From: Candidatus Micrarchaeota archaeon
GTDB taxonomy: Archaea; Micrarchaeota; Micrarchaeia; Anstonellales; Anstonellaceae
DNA: 64,000 bases
Reading direction: 5' to 3'
NCBI GenBank assembly: GCA_026413765.1
Contig: JAOAKI010000001.1
Span: forward strand, 6,325 to 70,324
Position 1 is the stretch's first letter; the number at the start of each line of letters is the position of its first letter. Below the pieces are notes generated by a model. It worked only from the letters and a program-made list of their open reading frames with translations, was not told the DNA's origin and searched no databases. The position numbers were made by a program, and so were the translations under genes. Below are positions 53,105-61,147 of this stretch, piece after piece.

Positions 53105-53755
53105 TCACCGTCTCTTTTGCAATTTCTCCTCTATTGTCTGCTCGTCTTGCAGGCCAGAAAGAACAAGCTGCTCATCAATGACAATCGCCGGCACTTCCTT
53201 TATCTTGTATCTTTCAATAATCACGTCCAAAAGCTCCACATCAGCATCAATTGGGAAAGCAAAAACCCGCAGTTCTGGGTGCTTTTTTCTTACTTCATCC
53301 AGAACTTTCCCTTGCGCGCTGCACATCGGGCAATTCTCCTTTATTTTATAGAAAAACAAAACAATCCTATAAGGGCTTTCCCCGCAATACTTTTTTGCCA
53401 AAAGCAAATTCAGATACAATCCTGCATTAGAAATATAGTATTGATTGCGTATTTGTTCATAGTCCTTCTGAACCACATTACTTTTTTCGTATTGCATTAT
53501 TTTCTCAGCAAGAAGGTATGCCCTGGCAGCTTTGCTTTGTGTCGTGGATGAAAAATAGCCGCAAAGCTCGGATTTGTTTTCCACCACTTGCGAATAAAGA
53601 AATAGTAGCCTCTCCATTTCAGATTGGTAAACAAGCTCATCAACATTTTTACGCAACTCATCTGCCCTCATCTGATCCAATTGCGTGATGAAGAAAAACC
53701 CAAGAAATGTCAGCGCTATTGTCAGTAAGGCTGCTTTAATGTACGGACTTACCAC
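53105..53755 (-). CDS. membrane-anchored thioredoxin-fold protein with CPMC motif
   Basis: An N-terminal TM (IKAALLTIALTFLGFFFI) and a helical region are followed by FFYKIKENCPMCSAQGKVLDEV...VPAIVID, a CxxC thioredoxin/glutaredoxin-like fold. GTG start. Confidence 0.55.
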   Translation of the reverse strand: MVSPYIKAALLTIALTFLGFFFITQLDQMRADELRKNVDELVYQSEMERLLFLYSQVVENKSELCGYFSSTTQSKAARAYLLAEKIMQYEKSNVVQKDYEQIRNQYYISNAGLYLNLLLAKKYCGESPYRIVLFFYKIKENCPMCSAQGKVLDEVRKKHPELRVFAFPIDADVELLDVIIERYKIKEVPAIVIDEQLVLSGLQDEQTIEEKLQKRR

Positions 53756-53776
53756 AGAAAATCACCTTGCGAAAAG

Positions 53777-55213
53777 CTACTCTCTGCCTTCCTTGCTTTC
53801 TGCCCACATTTTTCTTATAAGCAAGCGAAGCTCCTCTCTTTTTCTTTCAAACTCTTCCTGTTCTTTCTCTGAAAGCTTTATCTTTTCGATGAATGTCTCA
53901 GTTTCTGCCCCTCCGAATGCTGGCGGCTGGATTGTCTCTGCGACAGCGGCAGCCTTTTGCTGCTCAAACGTTTCAACCTCATTTAGCAGTGCAGTAAGGT
54001 TCTTCTCCAACTCCTCCTGTCGCTTCTTTAAATCTAGTATTATTGCCTCCAAGCTTGTCAGCCCTTCTATCAATTCCCCCCTGCCTTCAATTGTTTCAAC
54101 CAGTTTTCGGTGCTCCTTGACAAGCCCCTCAATCTCTTTTTGCTTCTTGGAAAGCTCCCGCTGAGCAACTTCAACTTCGTTTTTAATTTCATCGTACTCG
54201 CTCCTGAAGCTTTGGATTGTTTTCTCAATGTCGCCCTCTTTTTCCTCAATCTGCGCAAGCCTTTCCTGCTGGCTTTTTACTGAGGCAAGCGCATCGTTGA
54301 GCAGCTCGGTGATGGCTTCCTTTTGTCTAGCTGCTTCCTTTTCCATCTTTGACAACTCGATGAATTGCCTTTTAACCGAGATTTCTTCGTCTTTTGTCAT
54401 CTCTCTTATCTGTTGCTGAAGAGCCTGGATTTCCTTTGAAATCTCTGCCTGCTCCTGCATTACCGCTTGTATTGCGCCGTCTAACTCGTCTTTCAGTTGG
54501 GCTAAGCTGTCAATCTTTTTTTGAATTTCTGCAATCTTTTCTTTCTGCCCTTTTTCTTGCAGCCTTTTCTTGAGCTCTTCGGCAGCACCGCTAAACGACT
54601 CAAACACTTGCTGGCTTGTCTGCAACTGCTCTTTGATTGTCTCTTCTTGTCTTTCCAGGATCCCAAGTGCCTCTTCAATCTTTTCGGCCAATTTTCCATC
54701 TTCGATCGCAAGCCCGCTTTTTTGCTCGAACTGCCTTATTTTCTGCTCAAGTTGCCTCAGCCTTTTGCTTCCTTTTGCAGCTGCCTGCTCATACGCCTTG
54801 GCCAAATCGGAAATTTCGCTTTTCAGCTTCTCAATGTCTTGCGGACGGATAGCCGCCGTCCTTTTCATCTGCTCAAGCTCTGCCTGAAAATTAGACAGCT
54901 CCTGATTCCCTTGCTTGACTTTCCCCAAAAGATTATGGACTTCGGCTTTCATCTGCTGAGTCTGGAGTTGGATTGGCTGCTTTTTTCTTGCTGCGCTGTC
55001 CGAGATGTCTTTTTTTACAAGATAGGTGCGCGTGAGTCGGTATTCTATCTTTATCATTCCCTCCTCTTCCAGCGCGCGCGCCCAGTCTTCGACAGTGTTT
55101 ATCGGAACCCCGATTTTCACCGCAGCTTCCGCAATGTCAATCCTGCCTTTCTCGTTTATCAGATTTATTAGTTGGTCCACCCCTGTCGAGATTAATAAGT
55201 CGTCCAACCCCAT
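53777..55213 (-). CDS. winged-helix-like N-terminal domain fused to about 400-aa coiled coil
   Basis: The N-terminus is GVDQLINLINEKGRIDIAEAAVKIGVPINTVEDWARALEEEGMIKIEY. The rest is heptad-rich and E/K/Q/L-dominated. No P-loop is present. Confidence 0.6.
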   Translation of the reverse strand: MGLDDLLISTGVDQLINLINEKGRIDIAEAAVKIGVPINTVEDWARALEEEGMIKIEYRLTRTYLVKKDISDSAARKKQPIQLQTQQMKAEVHNLLGKVKQGNQELSNFQAELEQMKRTAAIRPQDIEKLKSEISDLAKAYEQAAAKGSKRLRQLEQKIRQFEQKSGLAIEDGKLAEKIEEALGILERQEETIKEQLQTSQQVFESFSGAAEELKKRLQEKGQKEKIAEIQKKIDSLAQLKDELDGAIQAVMQEQAEISKEIQALQQQIREMTKDEEISVKRQFIELSKMEKEAARQKEAITELLNDALASVKSQQERLAQIEEKEGDIEKTIQSFRSEYDEIKNEVEVAQRELSKKQKEIEGLVKEHRKLVETIEGRGELIEGLTSLEAIILDLKKRQEELEKNLTALLNEVETFEQQKAAAVAETIQPPAFGGAETETFIEKIKLSEKEQEEFERKREELRLLIRKMWAESKEGRE

Positions 55214-55236
55214 ATTTCCCTGAATTCAAATCCAAT

Positions 55237-55246
55237 CCTTATAAAG
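55237..55246. promoter_or_regulatory. TATA-like element (CCTTATAAAG) in the 84-bp divergent spacer
   Basis: It lies about 24-33 nt from ATG 55213 (minus-strand gene). A second box, GTAAATAT (55271-55278), lies about 20-27 nt from ATG 55298 (plus-strand gene). Confidence 0.3.
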
Positions 55247-55297
55247 ATTTGCGCCAAACTTCCTATTCGTGTAAATATGCGGCTTACGGGGTCTTAA

Positions 55298-56479
55298 ATG
55301 AAAAGCTCGGATTTTGACATTCGCTTCAAGAAGGAGGCAAAAACTGCGCTCCAAATATTCAAGGACCAATCTTTGCTGAGAAAAATGTTTGGGGAGGAGG
55401 CAGTCAAGCTCTACAACATGATTGACAGCGGTCTTTCTGCCCAGCAACTTATGGAGCAGCTCGGATTGTCTGAGGAAAATTTTGTCAAAATCCTGGAATT
55501 CATGAACAACAATGGTATGATTAGCGTGGTGGAAGAAAGCCAAGAGGAAGAAATGCCAAAGATGCAAGAGCCAGTTCTACAGCCAACCGAGCTTTATGCC
55601 CAAAAAAAGGAGCCACCTATCTCTCCTGAAAACCTTTCTCCCATCGAGAAACTGATTTATGACAAATATGGCGAAGTCGGGATCAAAGTATACACTCTAA
55701 TTGATGGTGAAAAAACCGCAGAAGAGATATTGCGGCAGACGAACATTTCGGAGGCAAAGCTGGTTGAAATTCTTGAGTTCTTGGACGAAAAAGGGATTAT
55801 CCACCTTGAAAACCCCAAAAAAGACCAACAAGCCGAATCATCCAGAGTTGACAGCCAATCCGACAAAGAATATGAATACGAGCCAAAATTCAAGCCAATA
55901 ATTGAAGAAAGCCCGGAAGAAAAGCCGTTTGAGCCATCTCCACCACCGAAGCCACCCCAAATACCAAAAAAAGAAGAAAAGAAGGTAGAAGTTGCTGAAG
56001 ACATAATAATGGTCGATGTTCCAAAGATGGAAAAGCTTTCCCTTATGCAAAAAGCCACTCTTTTTGCAGAGCTTTCAATGAAATTCCCAAAAGAAGCCAG
56101 AAAGCTTATTTCGCTTGTGGATGGCAAAAAGGATTTTGTTGAGCTTGCATTGGAGACCGGCCTGTCGTTTTTCGATATTGATTCCATTTTTGCCTATTTT
56201 GGAAAAAAGGGGTTTTTCACCTTCAGCGTACTTTCGCGTGATGAAATAAAAAAGAGATATGGAGAAGACGGTTTTGCGATCTATAAGCGCTATGGGCGCG
56301 ACGGCCTCCTATTATATGAAATGATAGGCAAAGAGGCATCGCTGAAAGACATAATAACTAAAAGCAAAATTGACGTTGACCGTGCAGTCGATATTTTCCT
56401 TTTCATACACAAAGTCTTAGGGATAGATATTCCGCTTGACAGAGATATAATCTACAAGCAGCTTGGGCTCAAAAAATAG
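55298..56479 (+). CDS. protein with four tandem winged-helix-like modules and a Pro/Glu/Lys-rich linker
   Basis: The four repeats are at aa 31-77, 124-170, 263-309 and 332-377. An example is YGEVGIKVYTLIDGEKTAEEILRQTNISEAKLVEILEFLDEKGIIHL. The linker contains EPSPPPKPPQIPKKEEKK. Confidence 0.6.
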   Translation: MKSSDFDIRFKKEAKTALQIFKDQSLLRKMFGEEAVKLYNMIDSGLSAQQLMEQLGLSEENFVKILEFMNNNGMISVVEESQEEEMPKMQEPVLQPTELYAQKKEPPISPENLSPIEKLIYDKYGEVGIKVYTLIDGEKTAEEILRQTNISEAKLVEILEFLDEKGIIHLENPKKDQQAESSRVDSQSDKEYEYEPKFKPIIEESPEEKPFEPSPPPKPPQIPKKEEKKVEVAEDIIMVDVPKMEKLSLMQKATLFAELSMKFPKEARKLISLVDGKKDFVELALETGLSFFDIDSIFAYFGKKGFFTFSVLSRDEIKKRYGEDGFAIYKRYGRDGLLLYEMIGKEASLKDIITKSKIDVDRAVDIFLFIHKVLGIDIPLDRDIIYKQLGLKK

Positions 56480-56482
56480 TTC

Positions 56483-56911
56483 TTATTCTATCCTGCAAAG
56501 AGCCATCTTTTCAATTTCAAGCTCTGCCTCATAGTAGTTGCCGATTTTTTTGCCCCATAAAGGAATGCGGCAAGCTTCCGCCCTTTCCAGGCGCAATCTT
56601 TTTTTGACGGCCCTGCTTAGCTTCCTTTCTGACGCAATCAAAAAATCCGATGCGCTTTTTGCTCCCACCTTTTTTATGGCCGAGGAAAAGTTTGTCTCCT
56701 TTGCAAGGAAAAGCAGCGCCTCGTTTTGAATCTTGTCTGATATGTTCCTCTTTTCCTTGAATGCTTTCCTTGCAAGCTCAAAGGCAGCCACGAGTTCCAT
56801 TTTAGTTTTTGCTGCTTGGGGCGAAATTATCAGCAGTCCGCCTATTTTCTTGCTAGCCTCCACCAGCTCTTCAACCGAAGAAAAAGAGGAAGAGCACCGC
56901 AGGACTATCAT
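56483..56911 (-). CDS. cgi121: Cgi121-like KEOPS subunit
   Basis: At 142 aa, its KRNISDKIQNEALLFLAKETNFSSAIKKVG resembles the Cgi121 block (..S.E.LL.LSG.RQI..AI...G). Confidence 0.6.
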   Translation of the reverse strand: MIVLRCSSSFSSVEELVEASKKIGGLLIISPQAAKTKMELVAAFELARKAFKEKRNISDKIQNEALLFLAKETNFSSAIKKVGAKSASDFLIASERKLSRAVKKRLRLERAEACRIPLWGKKIGNYYEAELEIEKMALCRIE

Positions 56912-57046
56912 GTCCTCAATAAAGCTGCTCTAAATTTTTATTGCCTTCAGTTCATTGCTGGTTTTTTCATACACACTACCCATTCAGAGAAGACTATTGG
57001 AGTAGGCTTAAATAAACTATTATGTTATTTTTATACTGATGATGGT

Positions 57047-59155
57047 ATGCCGCAGAAAACTGCTGCACGAGAGCTGCTGCTTTACTCTGAAAGAATCAAA
57101 GCGGAAGATGTCTTGAACCTTTTCAATCAGGTGTTGAAAGCGAGAATGCCGCTTTTTGGCTTGATCGATTTTTCAGATCTGTTTTCCTTGGATGTGCTTG
57201 AGTTGGTAGTAAAGCGCAGGCTCAACACAGTGCAGTTTTTTGTTCATGATAAAAAATCGCTTGGCACACTGTCTATGCTGGTTTTCCCATACAAAATCTC
57301 CGAACCAATCGAGATAGAAAAGAAAGCAGGCTCGTTTCTACCTTATCCAAAAATTTATTTTTTGGTTGGCGACAGGGATTTTCTTAGCTTTATGCTCAAA
57401 GAAAGCATCGAAGAAATGAACCTCAAAATAATCAAAATTTTCGGGAAGTTTCTTGGCTTTGGGACCGCAGTAGATGAAAAAGGCAAAAAAAGCGTTCTAG
57501 TCAGCACCTCGCCTGAAAGGCTTCTTGTATTGGATTTAGAAAAAAACCCTTCAATATATGTGGAAGTTTTGGACCCTATCCCAAAAAGAGTGTCTTTGAG
57601 CTCAAAATACCCAGTTTTTGAGGAGACTGGCATCACAGTTGGAGTTGACAATTTCGATGTTTTCCAGCACACACTTTTTGTTGGCGCATCTGGGACAGGA
57701 AAAAGCAGAAGCATCTATGCGATGATAAAAGCGATAGAAGCGATGCATGGCGATGGAGTCCGGATTGTGCTTCTTGATCCTCATGGCGAATTCATCCGCT
57801 CAATGCATTACGCAAAAACTGTCAATTTCATTGAAAATTATATAGAGCCGCTTGATGTTGGAGGCATGAAGACACCTCTCATGACACAGCTGATTGCCCA
57901 GCTTCTTTCTTCTGCGATAGGGCAGGAGAACAAATATTCTGAAAGAGTGCTTTTTTACACAACCCACCTTCTTTCCTCGCTTGGCAAGATGGATTTGAAG
58001 AACATCGGCCTTCTGCTGACCGACTCAGCAAAAAGAGCAGAGTTTCTTTCTGAGACAGACAACGATGAAGTGAAGCGGTTTTTTGACGAAGAATTCAACG
58101 ACATTTATACACGCCATTTCAATGATGCGATTTTGCCTATTCTCAACTTTGTCGGTGAGTATGAGCTTTACCTTGGAGGCAAAAAAAAGCAGGAGAGCCT
58201 GCTGGAGCTGATAGACAACAACCGCCTAATTGTGATTTCTTTCAACCCAAATTTCTTTGGAAAAAGAATGATCAGTTTCATGGCGGGGGCGATTATCAAC
58301 CAAATGTATATTCTTGCGATAACCGAAAAGCTGAAGCTGCCGACAATCCTTGTGATAGACGAGTTCCAGAGGGTCGAAACCAAAGTTGTGAAAGACATCC
58401 TAGCTGAAAAAAGGAAGTTCAATTTGTATGTCTATCTGTCAATGCAATCTCTCGGACAAGTTTCAAAAGAGGTTCACGATTCGCTTGTTTCAAATATCCG
58501 AAACATAGTTGCATTCAAGGCAAACCGTCAGGATGCCGCGATGCTTTCCTCAATGATGGAGATAAAAATCGAGGAAGCGTTCAAAAAATCAAGAACCCAA
58601 GCCGAGCTGGAAGAGTCAAAGAAAGAGATGTTCATCCGTCTGCACCAAAGAGAATGCATAGTGCGACTTTTTGATGGCAAAAATTATATCCTTCCAATGA
58701 AGCTACGAGTTGTTGATGTTTACAAACTGTGGGGCTACAAAGAGATGCCATTGGAGCAACTGTCGCCCCTGTCTTCTGTGCCGCCTTCGATGGTCAAAAA
58801 GCAACAGCCTCAAGAAAGCCATCTTGAGCAAAAGCAAGAGGAGCCTGGCTTTCAGATGCCTCTGCATGAAGAGGAAAGGCACGAGCCTGAAAGCGAATCT
58901 GCCGCAAGCAGCGCGCCAGAAAGCATGCAGCCTCCAAAGCAGCCAAAGCAAGAGGCTGGAGAATCTAGCCAGGATCTTGCTGCTGATGAAAGAATTGAGC
59001 AAGAAAAAGAGCCAAGCTTTTTTGACAAAGCGATGCAGCCTGATGAAGAAAAGCCTGCTAAGGCTGCCAGCAGAGTCAAGCTGAAATTGGCAGCTGCCAG
59101 AAAGAAAAAGCCCGCTGCAAAGGCAAAGCCAAAGAAAGCCTCAAAGAAAAAATAA
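57047..59155 (+). CDS. FtsK/HerA-superfamily P-loop ATPase (VirB4/VirD4/HerA-like) with low-complexity C-terminal tail
   Basis: Walker A is FVGASGTGKSRS (57683-57706) and Walker B is ILVIDEFQRV (58346-58363). No TM segment is present. The N-terminal 250 aa or so are unassigned. The C-terminus is acidic low-complexity sequence followed by KLKLAAARKKKPAAKAKPKKASKKK. Confidence 0.7.
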   Translation: MPQKTAARELLLYSERIKAEDVLNLFNQVLKARMPLFGLIDFSDLFSLDVLELVVKRRLNTVQFFVHDKKSLGTLSMLVFPYKISEPIEIEKKAGSFLPYPKIYFLVGDRDFLSFMLKESIEEMNLKIIKIFGKFLGFGTAVDEKGKKSVLVSTSPERLLVLDLEKNPSIYVEVLDPIPKRVSLSSKYPVFEETGITVGVDNFDVFQHTLFVGASGTGKSRSIYAMIKAIEAMHGDGVRIVLLDPHGEFIRSMHYAKTVNFIENYIEPLDVGGMKTPLMTQLIAQLLSSAIGQENKYSERVLFYTTHLLSSLGKMDLKNIGLLLTDSAKRAEFLSETDNDEVKRFFDEEFNDIYTRHFNDAILPILNFVGEYELYLGGKKKQESLLELIDNNRLIVISFNPNFFGKRMISFMAGAIINQMYILAITEKLKLPTILVIDEFQRVETKVVKDILAEKRKFNLYVYLSMQSLGQVSKEVHDSLVSNIRNIVAFKANRQDAAMLSSMMEIKIEEAFKKSRTQAELEESKKEMFIRLHQRECIVRLFDGKNYILPMKLRVVDVYKLWGYKEMPLEQLSPLSSVPPSMVKKQQPQESHLEQKQEEPGFQMPLHEEERHEPESESAASSAPESMQPPKQPKQEAGESSQDLAADERIEQEKEPSFFDKAMQPDEEKPAKAASRVKLKLAAARKKKPAAKAKPKKASKKK

Positions 59156-59177
59156 TTGCTTTTTCAGTCAAGCAGAA

Positions 59178-59188
59178 CTTTTAAAAAA
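59178..59188 (+). promoter_or_regulatory. TATA-like box (CTTTTAAAAAA) upstream of rps8e
   Basis: It lies about 41-51 nt upstream of ATG 59229. GGAGGG (59217-59222) could serve as a ribosome-binding site. Confidence 0.3.
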
Positions 59189-59228
59189 CCAACATGGCTA
59201 ATATCTTGCTGCTTTCGGAGGGTTTCAG

Positions 59229-59612
59229 ATGGAAAATTACCATGGTCCTTCAGGCTCCACAGTCAAGGGCACTGGCGGAAAGATGGGCAAGCACAGCGAT
59301 AAGAAGCTGCGTCTTGTCGGCGGCCCTTTCACTGCAACAAAAGTTGGAAAGGAAGACTTGCGACAGCTGAGGCAAGGCAGGGGCAATGTCTACAAAGTCA
59401 AACTCAAGACAGCAAAATTCGCCAACGTTCTTTCAAAAGACGGCAAGATACGCAAAGCCTCTATCAGGACAGTCATCGAGACTCCAGACAATAGGCACCA
59501 TGCAAGGCAAAACATCATTACTAAAGGAGCAATAATTGACACCGAGCTTGGAAAAGCAAAGGTGTTGAACAGGGTTGGACAAGACGGAGTCATCAACGCA
59601 AAGCTCCTCTGA
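59229..59612 (+). CDS. rps8e: ribosomal protein S8e
   Basis: HGPSGSTVKGTGGK...RQGRGNVYKVKL...TPDNRHHARQNIITKGAII..ELGKAKV.NRVGQDGVINAKLL is the S8e pattern. Confidence 0.9.
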   Translation: MENYHGPSGSTVKGTGGKMGKHSDKKLRLVGGPFTATKVGKEDLRQLRQGRGNVYKVKLKTAKFANVLSKDGKIRKASIRTVIETPDNRHHARQNIITKGAIIDTELGKAKVLNRVGQDGVINAKLL

Positions 59613-59615
59613 TTT

Positions 59616-60773
59616 TCAAATTGACGCTAGAATAGATGGGACAATAATTATGCCCATCAAATGGGTCCTTCTTATCCCAAGAAGAGGCGGCAATACTCCT
59701 GCAGCAGTGCAGACCGCAAAAAGCAACATCCCCAAAGGTCCAGAAATCAGCCACACTGAAAACACAAGGTAAATTATCACAAGCAAATTAAGCATTTTTG
59801 AGTTTTGCAAAAATCTTTGCGCATGCTTTGCAAGCTGGGTCAAGATTATGCTTGATACGCCTATTGAGACAAGCAATATGCCAAGCGCAATAGGGACATT
59901 TTGCGAAGTAATAGGGTAGACTTCGTTTATCATGGCAATTGTGCCTTCCCTTGCTTTTCCGATTGTGACCAATGCAGCGAAGGCAAAGACGGTATGCGCA
60001 GAGGCAATCGCGCTAACCAGCGCAAGAAATTTCCTGGGTTCAGCAACTGGCAGCAAAAGCGAAGCAAAAACAGCAATCTGGGCTGGCGCCGCTATCCCTG
60101 GCAGCAGATCAGAAAGCATGCCAAATATTGCACCCACTATGATATATGCCGCATAATCAAAATTTGTTGTCACTTCCTTCTGCTTTGGGGGTGGCTTTGA
60201 TGCCCCAAACGAAAGCAAAATACCGCTTGCGGCAAAGAGACCCGCAAAGGCAGGAAAAAGCGGCTCGTTTATCTGGCCTATGAATGTCGCAATTCCTATC
60301 GCCCCTGTCAGAAGGAATACAAAGGATGCAGCGATTGCCTTCTTGAATTCGCTTTCTGTCCAAATCAAAATTATCGATGCAAGCACTAGCAAAAAAGCAA
60401 TGTGCGGCTTTATCATCTTGTATGCGAGCGGGAAAAATTCAGTCGCAACTGGAAATGCAAGCAAGGCAAGAAAAAAAGCTCCAAACAATGAGGAAAGGCA
60501 GACTATGATCGCCTCCTTTCCTCGCCCTTCGAGTGCCATCCGGTGGCCTGGCAACACTGAAAGCGCAACCGTGTCGTCTGGAATAGAAAAGAATATTGAT
60601 GGAAAAAACTGCACGACCAGATGGGCCCCCATTGTTGCAACTAGTATGTAAAAAAGTACTGACGGCTCTATTGGCAGACTTGTTAAGATCGATGCGACTG
60701 TGTTGGCATGGATGCCAGGCAGAAGCCCGCTGAAGGTGCCGAGTGCAATCCCTAAAGCTATCTCAAGAAACAT
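59616..60773 (-). CDS. TctA/DUF112-family membrane protein
   Basis: GIALGTFSGLLPGIHANT is repeated as GMLSDLLPGIAAPAQ. There are about 10 TM segments. ATG at 60773. Confidence 0.7.
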   Translation of the reverse strand: MFLEIALGIALGTFSGLLPGIHANTVASILTSLPIEPSVLFYILVATMGAHLVVQFFPSIFFSIPDDTVALSVLPGHRMALEGRGKEAIIVCLSSLFGAFFLALLAFPVATEFFPLAYKMIKPHIAFLLVLASIILIWTESEFKKAIAASFVFLLTGAIGIATFIGQINEPLFPAFAGLFAASGILLSFGASKPPPKQKEVTTNFDYAAYIIVGAIFGMLSDLLPGIAAPAQIAVFASLLLPVAEPRKFLALVSAIASAHTVFAFAALVTIGKAREGTIAMINEVYPITSQNVPIALGILLVSIGVSSIILTQLAKHAQRFLQNSKMLNLLVIIYLVFSVWLISGPLGMLLFAVCTAAGVLPPLLGIRRTHLMGIIIVPSILASI

Positions 60774-60775
60774 CT

Positions 60776-61114
60776 TCAATCACTAAGCTGGATTTTTTGG
60801 GCCTCCACATATTTTGCCCCCCTGTAATTCTTTATCTTACCAACAACGACTACATTTTGCCCTTCCCCAACAAGCTTTCCTGCAACACTTCCTCTTGCCT
60901 GAACAGTAATGCACAATGTTTTCTGGCAAAGCAAAAACTTCTGCTGAGTTACGTTTGCTGCGTACCCTTCTAGTCTGACAAGCGTGTTTTCTGCCTCAAT
61001 AAGCGCTCTGCCTACTGTTGTCACAGTCGGGATTTCCAAAAACAGAAGAAAAGTGCCGGCTATTGCAAAAAAAGCAGCCAAGGCAACAATCCTTTGCTCG
61101 TCAAGATGCACCAT
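60776..61114 (-). CDS. membrane-anchored protein with possible OB-fold
   Basis: An N-terminal TM is followed by VRLEGYAANVTQ...ITVQARGSVAGKLVGEGQNVVVVGKIKNYRGAKYVEAQKI, which resembles an OB-fold anticodon-binding-type domain. Confidence 0.45.
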   Translation of the reverse strand: MVHLDEQRIVALAAFFAIAGTFLLFLEIPTVTTVGRALIEAENTLVRLEGYAANVTQQKFLLCQKTLCITVQARGSVAGKLVGEGQNVVVVGKIKNYRGAKYVEAQKIQLSD

Positions 61115-61147
61115 ATATTAATAAATCAGAATATTAAAAAATTCCAC

